Assembly (NCBI GenBank): GCA_002269645.1
Contig: NIVC01000581.1
Span: forward strand, 372,001 to 436,000
Origin: Macrostomum lignano
Lineage: Eukaryota
Direction: 5' to 3'
Length of the DNA: 64,000 nucleotides
Under the pieces are notes generated by a model. That model worked only from the letters and a program-made list of their open reading frames with translations. It searched no databases and had not been told where the DNA came from. Each line of letters begins with the position of its first letter. The first letter of the stretch is position 1. Below are positions 10,610 through 20,956 of the stretch, in pieces. Position numbers and translations under genes: made by a program.

Positions 10610-13600
10610 ATGCTGCGTCAGGTGTCCCAAATTCAGGTGGACTCGCCCAGCAGAGTCCAGCAGGCTGAGATGCAGCTTTGTCTGGGAGACATCACCAAGA
10701 TTGAGCCTGGTGGGGAGCCTTATGATGTCATCATGATCTCGGCCTTCTCTGGTGAGCAAACTTATGGGTTGTGAATTGAGATCAGGCTAGCAGTGTTAAA
10801 GTATAAGGAAGCACAGTAGGGGCAGAGTAGCTCAGCACAGTAGTCAGTAGGGGCAGAGTGGCTCAGCACGCAGAGTGGCTCAGCACGCAGAGTGGCTCAG
10901 CACGCAGAGTGGCTCCGCACGCAGAGTGGCTCAGCACGCAGAGTGGCTCCGCACGCAGAGTGGCTCAGCACGCAGAGTGGCTCAGCACGCAGAGTGGCTC
11001 AGCACGCAGAGTGGCTCCGCACGCAGAGTGGCTCAGCACGCAGAGTGGCTCAGCACGCAGAGTGGCTCAGCACGCAAAGTGGCTCAGCGGTAACGCATCT
11101 GGCTCATCACACCAAAACACCTTGGGCTCGATTTCATGTGTTGCAGGTCTGCTGCCGCCGTGATCTGCGGCAGTGCCCAAGCCTGCTAGCATAGCTACAA
11201 TAGATTAACTCTGCTTGCAAGTGTTGCAATATGTGCCGATTAGTTTGAACTGGTCGAAAAAATCTTTGCATGACAATTTTTTGAGATTGATTTTGAGCTG
11301 TCACGGGGCTGCTCCAGTTTGTTGTTCTACCGTTAATTAAATTCCTATGATCTGAAGCTCACGCGACCCTCGCTTCAGCCGACTACTCAGCAGTCCCGTC
11401 AACCGTTATCGGCGCCCTGAAGCGCCAGTTCAACCTGAGCGTGCGGGACCTGGCCAGGGAAAAGGCCGAGGACTTGCGGAAAAACTTCAACTGCTGGATC
11501 TCCAAGCCGCTGCCTTCTGATCTGCCGTACAAGTAAGGCAGACCTGCGCTTGCGAATAAGAGCACTTTGCGTCAGACTGACTGGCTGTCAGACACTGACT
11601 GGCTTCTGTTACACTGACTGGCTGCTGTCACACTGACTGGCTGCTTTCAGACACTGACCGGCTGCTGTCACACTGACTGGCTGCTGTCACACTGACTGGC
11701 TGCTGTCACACTGACTGGCTGCTTTCAGACACTGACCGGCTGCTGTCACACTGACTGGCTGCTGTCACACTGACTGGCTGCTGTCACACTGACTGACTGG
11801 CTCCCACTCACCACCAACAGGCGGCTGCTCTGCTTCGAGCAGCAGGTGGTGGCCAACAGAGAGCGCAGTCCCGAGAAGGCGGTAGGCGAGATCTTCCGTG
11901 CCATGTTCACGGTGTTCGCCGACAACATGAGCGTCATCAGCCCGCTGCTGGCCACGGGCTGCCAGCGGGCCTCCAAGTCGCGCATCATGCACGCGCTGGT
12001 AACGGCCTGGCACACGTGGATCAGCATCGGCCTGCCCATGCGGCGCTACACTCTGGTCATCTACACCTCCAAGCTGGCCGTGGAGAGCCTCGCCGAGGAC
12101 GACAGGCGGGCCGTCCAAGAGTTCCAGCGGCTCAAGCACGCCTTCGAGAGTCGGCACAGAAAGCCGGACGTGAGCACCGGACGTCAGTGTTTGGGTTGAG
12201 GAGTTCTAGGCAGAGCAAGCTGGAGTGGACTGTGGAACCGTCAGTGTTTGGGTCAAGGAGTTCTAGGCAGAGCAAGCTGGAGTGGACTGTGGAACCGTCA
12301 GTGTTTGGGTCAAGGAGTTCTAGGTAGAGCAAGCTGGAGTGGACTGTGGAACCGTCAGTGTTTGGGTCAAGGAGTTCTAGGCAGAGCAAGCTGGAGTGGA
12401 CTGTGGAACCGTCAGTGTTTGGGTCAAGGAGTTCTAGGTAGAGCAAGCTGGAGTGGACTGTGGAACCGTCAGTGTTTGGGTCAAGGAGTTCTAGGTAGAG
12501 CAGGCTGGAGTGGACTGTGGAACCGTCAGTGTTTGGGTCGAGGAGTTCTAGGCAGAGCAAGCTGGAGTGGACTGGAACCCTTCCTAATTTACATCTGAGA
12601 GAATTTATTTCTTACTATCTTTACCGAAGCTCTAGAACTGCCTTCCCGATCTCCCTAGCCTACAGCCAGCCAGCCAGTCTTATGGTGCATGAAAATGGCC
12701 AGTTTCCACTCCAGATAAAAGATCCAGAAGTCCTTGTCCAATTGCCCCAACCCTCAGCCGGTCCCCATTGAGGCGGACCTGCTAGTGGTCTGCAGCGAGA
12801 AGGACCTGCAGTTCCTGGAGCGGACCACCCGCAGTCTGAAGGCCAACCAGAAAAGCCTGCGCTGCCGCAAGGTGGTGCACAGTGACGACAGCAGCAGCAG
12901 CTCGTCGGGCGATGAGGCTGCTGAAGGCAGCAAAGCGGCGGCTGCGACGTCAGCAATCGACGCCCGGCGCTCCGACATGCTGGGCAGCCGTCTGGTGGTC
13001 TGTCTGCTGTCGCAGGCCTTCCTGGCCACCCGGGCCTGCGTCGAGGATTTCAACGTGGCGATGTGCCTGGCGCACACGCGGTGGCATCCCTTCCTGCCCG
13101 TCTGCCTGGAGCGGCTGGCGAGCCCGCCTACGTACATGTCGCTCATCCAGTGGATTGACTGCCGGCCCAAACCGACAGACCAGCCCGGCTGCGACAAACT
13201 GCAGGCCGCCATCGGGGAGATCGGCGGCAGGCTGGAGCAGCTTGCGTTGGGTAAGTGAAGTGGCCAGGTGGGTGAGTGAAGTGGCCAGGTGGGTGAGTGA
13301 AGTGGCCAGGTGGGTGAGTGAAGCGGCCAGGTGGGTGAGTGAAGCGGCCAGGTGGGTGAGTGAAGCGGCCAGGTGGGTGAGTGAAGCGGCCAGGTGGGTG
13401 AGTGAAGCGGCCAGGTGGGTGAGTGAAGCGGCCCAGTTTGAGTTTGCGTGTTTTAAACCGCATCCAACAGGTGTCTCCAAGCAGGCCGAGCCGGCTCTGG
13501 GACCGGCCGCGGTGGCCGGCGGCGGCAGCGGCTACGACATCTTCATCTCCTACTGCCACCGCAACTCGGCCGCCGTGGAGCCGTTCCTCACCCACCTGCG

Positions 13601-16092
13601 GCTCGCCTGCCCCGCGCTGCGTATCTTCTTTGACAAGCAGGGCATCCAGACGGGCTACTCCTGGATGGAGACCATCTACTCTGCCATTAGCGGCAGCCGT
13701 CTCATCGTCGCCTTCTTGACGCCGGACTACGCCAAGTCGGCCGTCTGTCTGGAGGAGTTCACAATCGCCTCCATGCTGCACCGCTGCGACCGGCACCAAG
13801 CCCTGCTGCTGCCCGTCTGCCTGGAGCGCCTGGGGCCCGCCTGCCCTCCTGCGCTGCAGTCCGTGGCCCGCTGGCTGGACGCCACCGGCTCCAGGGAGCA
13901 GTGCGTCAAGCGGGTGGCCGTCTCCGTTGCTAAGGTGCTGACGGCCAAGTCCGGGGACAAGAAGGCGGCGCATCTCAGAGAACAGCTGTTTCCGGATTGC
14001 CACGTGAGTTTCTGTTTCAGAAAGTTACGCGATCCGTTTCAGAGTGTCACGTGATCTGTTTCAGAGTGTCACGCGATCTGTTTCAGAGTGTCACATGATC
14101 TGTTTCAGATTGTCACGTGATCTGTTTCAGAGTGTCACATGATCTGTTTCAGAGTGTCACGTGATCTGCTTCAGAGTGTTACATGATCTGTTTCAGAGTG
14201 TCACGCGATCTGTTTCAGAGTGTCACATGATCTGTTTCAGATTGTCACGTGATCTGTTTCAGATTGTCACGTGATCTGTTTCAGATTGTCACGTGATCTG
14301 TTTCAGAGTGTCACGTAATCTGTTTCAGAATGTCACGTGATCGTTCTTGGAAGTGTCGCGTCAAAATTACTTGATGCATTGTAAATTTTCTCCGAATTCG
14401 GTCATATGTTTTGAAAACTGTCTCCGAGTGTCGGGCGATGCACCAGTGTCTCCCGCACCCGCCGCCAGGAACTCTCCACCCTGATGTCCCAGACCGACAA
14501 GCTGCGCCAGTCGCTGCTGAATGCAAAACCGCCGCTGCTCAGCTCAGCCAGCCTGGGCGCTTTCGTGAAGGCCGCGGCGGCTGCAGCTGCTGAGAGGCCC
14601 CTGCCAGTTGTGGACATCTGCCACGCGGCCCTGGTCTGCCACCCCGATGAGCGCGAGCCGCTGGTTGAGGCCGTCCGACTTCAAGCCAAGGAATTCGCGA
14701 CCGACCTGCAGGTGCGCTGTCTGGACTCCGAACAGGCGCATGACGATATGGAGGCGATGGAGCAGGTAGGACTGGGAGTGATGCAGCAGGTGAGACTGGG
14801 AGTGATGCAGCAGGTGAGACTGGAAGTGATGCAGCAAGTGAGACAGACTGGGAGTGATAAGGCAGGTGAGACTGGGAGTGATGCAGCAGGTGAGACTGGG
14901 AGTGATGCAGCAAGTGAGACAGACTGGGAGTGATGAGGCAGGTGAGACTGGGAGTGATGCAGCAGGTGAGACTGGGAGTGATGCAGCAAGTGAGACAGAC
15001 TGGGAGTGACGAGGCAGGTGAGACTGGGAGTGATGCAGCAAGTGAGACTGGGAGTGATGCAGCAAGTGAGACAGACTGGGAGTGATGCAGCAAGTGAGAC
15101 AGACTTGGAGTGATGCAGCAGGTGAGACTGGGAGTGATGCAGCAGGTGAGACTGGGAGTGATGCAGCAGGTGAGACTGGGAGTGATGCAGCAGGTGAGAC
15201 TGAGATTAATGAAGCAGGTGAGGTGGCAGGTGAGCCTGCAAGCCTTCAACCCTCTCACTCGATCAGGCCAGCGTGGTGGCGCTGTTTCTGTCGCCGGTGT
15301 TCCTGACGTCCGCCCGGCTCACCAGCCTGTTGTACCTGGCGCTGTGCCGTAGGCGGAGCCGGTCGGCCCCGGTGCTGCTGTTCTGCCTGAACCCGCTGCC
15401 GCGGCACCCGGCATTCTTGAGCCTGCTGCCCGTGAATGCCAGCATGGAGGATGTCAAGGTGAGTCGCGGGCTGCCTGCGGCGGGGCTGCCAGGCCTTCAG
15501 CGCTATTAGCAATTCCCGAATCCCCTCAGACGCTGGCCTTCATGTACAACGGCCAGCAGAAGGAGCTGTCCGCCTGTCTCGGGCCGGCCTCGCGCCAGCA
15601 GTTCTACAAGCTCACCCACGCCGAGTCCGTCTTTGCTGTCTGCTGCGCCCGGGCCATCGTTGAGCGGCTGCTTGGGTAAGGCATGAGTTCTCATGTCAGT
15701 CTCACACAGTTCTCATGTCAGTCTCACGCAGTTCTCATGTCAGTCTCACGCAGTTCTCATGTCAGTCTCACACAGTTCTCATGTCAGTCTCACGCAGTTC
15801 TCATGTCAGTCTCACACAGTTCTCATGTCAGTCTCACACAGTTCTCATGTCAGTCTCACACAGTTCTCGCCCTAAATCGCGCCCCATCGCCTGCAGGCTG
15901 CCGGAGAGCCTGGTCACCACTCCCGCGGTGCTGGTCTCGCTGTCAGAGCTCGCTGCTGGTGCCTACCTGCGGGATCCAAACGAACCAAAGCCTTGGAAGC
16001 AGGTGAGAGTGGCTGAGTAACTGGCAGGGACAGACTGAGTGCAGGATTATTGCTTAATCCATTCCGCATTGCAGGTCATGGAGCCAATTTAA
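10610..16092 (+). CDS. Macro-like domain + three TIR-type domain protein (809 aa, 10 exons)
   Basis: Exons 10610-10751, 11379-11532, 11821-12169, 12758-13250, 13471-14003, 14469-14765, 15267-15458, 15530-15675, 15897-16002, 16075-16092; all GT/AG with an open frame across 2430 nt. Macro-fold motifs LCLGDITKI..YDVIMISA, VIGAL and SVISPLLATG. Canonical TIR YDIFISYCH..RIFFD..GYSWMETIYSAI..SRLIVAFLTPDYAKSAVCLEEF in exon 5, a related TIR in exon 4 and a degenerate one in exons 6-7. Confidence 0.88.
10855..11090. repeat. 17-bp minisatellite, Macro-TIR intron 1
   Basis: GCAGAGTGGCTCAGCAC, about 13 copies. Confidence 0.95.
11570..11800. repeat. 19/20-bp minisatellite, Macro-TIR intron 2
   Basis: CACTGACTGGCTGCTGTCA units. 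Confidence 0.95.
12180..12575. repeat. 57-bp minisatellite, Macro-TIR intron 3
   Basis: CCGTCAGTGTTTGGGTCAAGGAGTTCTAGGCAGAGCAAGCTGGAGTGGACTGTGGAA, about 7 copies. Confidence 0.95.
13251..13430. repeat. 21-bp minisatellite, Macro-TIR intron 4
   Basis: GTGAGTGAAGCGGCCAGGTGG units; the first unit is the intron's first 21 nt. Confidence 0.95.
14004..14345. repeat. 22-bp minisatellite, Macro-TIR intron 5
   Basis: GTGATCTGTTTCAGAGTGTCAC units. Confidence 0.95.
14766..15205. repeat. 24-bp (with 29-bp variant) minisatellite, Macro-TIR intron 6
   Basis: GTGAGACTGGGAGTGATGCAGCAG units starting at the donor. Confidence 0.95.
15685..15868. repeat. 22-bp minisatellite, Macro-TIR intron 8
   Basis: GTTCTCATGTCAGTCTCACACA units. 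Confidence 0.95.
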
Positions 16093-16619
16093 GCTGCCGC
16101 AGCTCTTTCAATCAGCAACAGTTTTTGCTTGATTTGACTGCCGCCGAAAGTAGTGCAAGAGCTTTTTACTAGCTTCATTAAAACAGAAATCCGTAATTTT
16201 TGGCGTTTTTACATGGTACTATCAATATTACTGTAAGTAGCTTTAATGCGATGCTATTATAATCTATTTTCAAATAGCCGTTTTGCGCCATTTGTGTGTG
16301 CAGAGCGGCAAAATTTATCTCAGTTTATGGTTTTTATATTCTATATTTTTGCACTAAAATTTATTGGCTGTGATTATTATTTAAGTATCTTATTACACTG
16401 ATGTATTAGATTATAATAACTATACAGTAAGCAAAGACAGCTTTGGCTTCCCTGAGCGAATAGGAGTGCACCCCTGGCATTCCTGCAGATTGCTATTGCA
16501 GTAAATACATGGGTTGTCAAGTGCTTCTGTTGCACTGCGCCACGCTCTTATCAAACTTTAAGTTTGAATTTTATCTCTTTCGTGTGCTCAGTTCTTTGAT
16601 ATTCCAGCTTAGCGTTCGT

Positions 16620-17103
16620 GTGAATGAACCAGGGATCTAACTGGTGACGTGAATGAACCAATGGTCTAACTGGTGACGGTGAATGAACCAGTGATTTAAC
16701 TGGTGACGGTGAATGAACCAGTGATCTAACTGGTGACGGTGAATGAACCAGTGATTTAACTGGTGACGGTGAATGAACCAGTGATTTAACTGGTGACGGT
16801 GAATGAACCAGTGATTTAACTGGTGACGGTGAATGAACCAGTGATTTAACTGGTGACGGTGAATGAACCAGTGATTTAACTGGTGACGGTGAATGAACCA
16901 GTGATTTAACTGGTAACGGTGAATGAACCAGTGATCTAACTGGTGACGTGAATGAACCAGTGATCTAACTGGTGACGTGAATGAACCAGTGATCTAACTA
17001 GTGATGTGAATGAACCAGTGATCTAACTGGTGACGTGAATGAACCAGTGATCTAACTGGTGATGTGAATGAACCAGTGATCTAACTGGTGACGTGAATGA
17101 ACC
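16620..17103. repeat. 29/30-bp minisatellite
   Basis: GTGAATGAACCAGTGATTTAACTGGTGACG units. Confidence 0.95.
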
Positions 17104-17719
17104 TATACATCTCCCAATCCCAGTCTCCGAATCATATTCTCCAAGTTGCCGAAAACCGTCGTTCTCTCCGTGGACTTGTAACTGTATCTAAAATGGCTGA
17201 TTCTTCAATAGCGAGTGACTTGGACTGCAGTGCCGAGCTGCATTGAGTGGGTGAGTCTGAGTGCATCCAAGCCAACTTTATTGACACAGCTCCATGCCCA
17301 GAGCTTTATTCTCTCAAGCAGCCGCAAGCGTCCTGTGGAAAGCAGCAGCTCCCTCCAGGTCTTTCCCAGCCGCGCCAGGCACTGGGGCAAACACTGGCAC
17401 CGGTGTCTGCGACTTGCAGGCGGTGAGGATCCACTTTGAAATTCAAACCACTCAGGAAAGGAAGCCAAGCAGAAAACTGGGGCAAATATCCTATGTATGA
17501 TTTTTTTAAAATTGGCTGTCTGAGATGCTCCGGAATAATAGAAATTTCACACAACGGTTTCATATCTCTTGCAAAGCTCTTCAGACAATAGAAATAAAAA
17601 AAGCATGTGCCAAGACCATATTAAACAGAATTTTGTTTGCCTCAAATATCGGGATGTATCCCTAGCAAATTGTGATTGTCGGAGTGTTTATTCTTGGGGA
17701 AGTGTAGTTGTCCGAGTGT

Positions 17720-18315
17720 TTATACCTCCGTGGAAGTGTAATTGTTCGAGTGTTTACCTCCGTGCAAGTGTAAATTGTCCTTGGAAGTGTGATTGCCCGA
17801 ACCTTTACCCCCGGGGAAGTGTGATTGCCGGAGTGTTTATCCCCGGGAAGTGTGAGTGCCGGAGTGTTTATCCCCGGGAAGTGTGATTGCCGGAGCGTTT
17901 ATCCCCGGGAAGTGTGAGTGCTGGAGTGTTTATTATCCACGGGGAAGTGTGAGTGCCGGAGTGTTTATCCCCGGGAAGTGTGAGTGCTGGAGTGTTTATC
18001 CCCGGGAAGTTTGATTGCCGGAGTGTTTATCCCCTGGAAGTGTGAGTGCCGGAGTGTTTATCCCCGGGAAGTGTGAGTGCTGGAGTGTTTATCCACGGGG
18101 AAGTGTGAGTGCCGGAGTGTTTATCCCCGGGAAGTGTGAGTGCTGGAGTGTTTATCCCCGGGAAGTGTGAGTGAATGGAGTGTTTATCCCCGGGAAATGT
18201 GAGTGCCGGAGTGTTTATCTCCGGGGAAGTGTGAGTGCTGGAGTGTTTATCCACGGGAAAGTGTGAGTGCCGGAGTGTTTATCCCCGGGAAGTGTGAGTG
18301 CCGGAGTGTTTATCC
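17720..18315. repeat. ~31-bp minisatellite
   Basis: GGAGTGTTTATCCCCGGGAAGTGTGAGTGCC units, increasingly degenerate toward the left edge. Confidence 0.95.
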
Positions 18316-18419
18316 TCTGCTGAATCCACTGTGCATCTCCTGCGCATGGTGTCTGCATGGCTCCTCGTGACTGTCTCCCGTTATGTTTGATAACAGACTA
18401 CGATTTATGATGTCCATGT

Positions 18420-18735
18420 ATTAATATAATGATAATAATTGACTACACCTGACCCAAAGTGCAGAAATGCAACCGACCACTCAGCCGCAGCTATTGCGCA
18501 GAGCATCAGAAGGCTGCGTACGGCTGTTCAATCCAATGACTGGCGGGGGGGAGTCACCACACACCCTCAGTTACCCCAGCTAATGCTGGCACCCATTTTA
18601 CAGCTGGGTGAACTGAAGCAATGCAGGGTTAAGTGTCTTTCTCAAGAACATGAATTGTTCCGAATAAGTCGAGAATCGAACCCCCGACCTTTCAATCGCG
18701 AGTCCGACGCTCTAACCACTAGGCTAGAGCAGTAA
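18420..18735 (-). mobile_element. tRNA-derived CORE-type SINE
   Basis: On the minus strand: A-box TAGCCTAGTGG (18726-18716), B-box GGTTCGATTC (18682-18673), then TTCTTGAGAAAGACACTTAACCCTGCATTGCTTCAGTTCACCCAGCTGTAAAATGGG resembling the MIR/CORE domain, ending in an ATT-rich tail near 18420. Confidence 0.75.
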
Positions 18736-18743
18736 AGCTGCAG

Positions 18744-20017
18744 CAGTAAAGTGCATCACGCAAAAGTGCACATGCAGACAGTCTCTTGCTAGAAGTCAGT
18801 AGCGCGTGGACGCCCCGCGTACTTGAAGCAGGGCAGCAACTCGACGTGGCATGCTGAGCCTGTTGATGCGGTCCTGTGGCAGCTGCTGCCAAACTTCCAT
18901 CACTGCCAGCCGCATCCGCAGGAGGATTCTGCTGCTGCTGGGTGCGTCGCTTGATAACGTCCGAGGCGTACTCGACTGGGTTCATGTCCGGCGACCTTAA
19001 AGGCCAACGCAGCATTCGGATTCCCAGCTGCTCTTCCAGTAGATGCACAGCGACTGCTCGATGCGGCGGAGCGTTGTCATCTTGAAGGATGCAGCTCTGG
19101 GAGAAGCTCCTGTCCAGACTCCCGCCACACACGCACTCGGGAGAAGCTCCTGTCCAGACTCCCGCCACACACGCACTCGGGGAGAAGCTCCTGTCCAGAC
19201 TCCCGCCACACACGCACTCGGGGAGAAGCTCCTGTCCAGACTCCCGCCACACACGCACTCGGGGAGAAGCTCCTTTCCAGACTCCCGCTACACACGCACT
19301 CGGGAGAAGTTCCTGTCCAGACTCCCGCCACACACGAACTCGGCCGTCGCTGTGGAAAAGACGAAAGCGACCCTCGTCGCTGAAAACCACTCGCCTTCAC
19401 TGCGCAGGTGACAGTCGCAGCCGCTTCCTCATCTTCCGGGAACGCCAACGCTGTCTCTCAGATTCTGCGCTGGACTGTCTGGCACTGGGCAGCTAGCGTG
19501 ATGAACTCTCGCGCCATAGCAGGCGCAGCATCGTGGCTGGCTGGCAATGTCCGGTTCGCGCGGACAAGCCAAAGAAGTCGTCAGCTCTCGCAGTTGTCTG
19601 CCTTCGCAGTCGGCCAGAGTTGCCATGGGCAACCGAGCTGGTGCGTTGCCACTTGGCCAGCAGCTGCCGGATGGATCGTCTTCAGCGCGCGGCCTGCAAG
19701 AAGTGCGTGCCATGCAGCTCCAGCCATTCCGACAGCTCGCAGCTTTTCAGCGGTGGTCGTCATGTGCCTCACCAGTATAATCGCAATCACTGACTGCCAC
19801 ACTGACAGCCACATTCCTGCGTTTTTACTGCCGCCTGCTAGAGGTGAGAGGTGGCTGTTACGCAACTCTGCTGAGCCGCGGCATCCAGCAAGCCGCGCCA
19901 GGGGGGTGGGGTTTAGATGCTGCTGAGTGCAGTTTCTCGTGCATCAACTGCACCTTTTTAATGATTGCCTTTGAAACAAGGATCCGCAGAGAGCGTCGCT
20001 GCGAGCACTTCACTGTA
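18744..20017 (-). mobile_element. Decayed Tc1/mariner (DD34E-type) transposon
   Basis: Minus-strand fragments EKLRAVGM, TVQRRI*ETAL (DNA-binding region), VFSDEGRF, ILQDDNAPPH and WPLRSPDMNPVE give the D, D, E catalytic motifs with frameshifts. Possible degenerate CAGT(A/G)AAGTGC termini at 18744 and 20015; the ends are uncertain. Confidence 0.8.
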
Positions 20018-20956
20018 TCACTGTCTTAAAATGTACTAATAAATCATCACACTGTATCATCAATGAATCCGTATATAGTATGCACCCTGTAGTAAATTTA
20101 TAAGGCTTCAGACTCGTTCAGCACCATCAAATAAGGCTAAATTTCGTGTGATCACACAACTTGTACATCAGTAGTCTAGCGCGGCACTCGCGGCACTAGC
20201 GCGGCACTCGCGGCACTAGCGCGGCACTCACTGCCAGCGGTCCCAGGCTCGATTCCAAGTGGTCATATTAATTTGGGACTAAATTTGAATCTCAGCTTGG
20301 GTCTGCTCGTGCAATTAACGCCAACCCCCAAGGCGAAGTGGAATGTACATGCCGATGAATAAAGTTGAGGCCGCTGTACACTCCAGTATGCCGATGCGCA
20401 TGACTGCCTGCTAAGGGGAGTCGGCAGAATGGGCAGAAATTTCTCTCTTGACGGTTGTGACAGTGTCGCTTAAAGGTGCTCCAGGGTGCATACAGCCTCC
20501 TGCCTCTAAAAGAATCCAACCATGCTTCTGAGGACTTGTCTGCTCTCATATAGAGCTCCAAGAAGGTTATATATTTAGCTGCTTATTGCTACTCGTAGAA
20601 AAGCCTGCTCAAGATATCGAATCATTTTTTGCTACTGTCTCTGGTGTTGAGTCTGAAGTTTATCAAATGAAAGAGACGATCAACATGAATGAGATTGGTT
20701 TTCTTTTTTGAATTGCCGATGTTTTTCGTCCAACAAAAGGACACAGTTTTACATGTAAATAACAATATCCGAAATCTAAAGTTTTCTAGGAATATTGAAT
20801 TCTGCTTGGTTCTTGCAACACATACTGTCTCGAATGTACGAGCGCTTGTGAAAAGTTTCAAGCCATGGATTTCAAGGCTGTCAAAGACAATCAAACTCTT
20901 TCCGCAAAGATAAAAACACATGCTTCCTTATCCAACGAAAGTCCTTTCTCAAAATA

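Noticed and set aside
11148-11163. Possible poison exon (TTGCAG|GTCTGCTGCCGCCGTGA) in Macro-TIR intron 1
   Set aside because: Only an acceptor-like site is visible; nothing else supports its use.
12180-12575. Regular 57-bp and other arrays as possible CRISPR arrays
   Set aside because: There are no unique spacers and no cas genes, and the context is a spliced eukaryotic gene.
18660-18735. tRNA gene
   Set aside because: It has A and B boxes but continues directly into a CORE domain and tail, so it is a SINE head rather than a tRNA.
20292-20561. ORF with HCH...CPFCR...H resembling a RING/zinc-finger end
   Set aside because: Incomplete ligand set, no supported splice partner, and it lies in the DEG/ENaC 3' flank.
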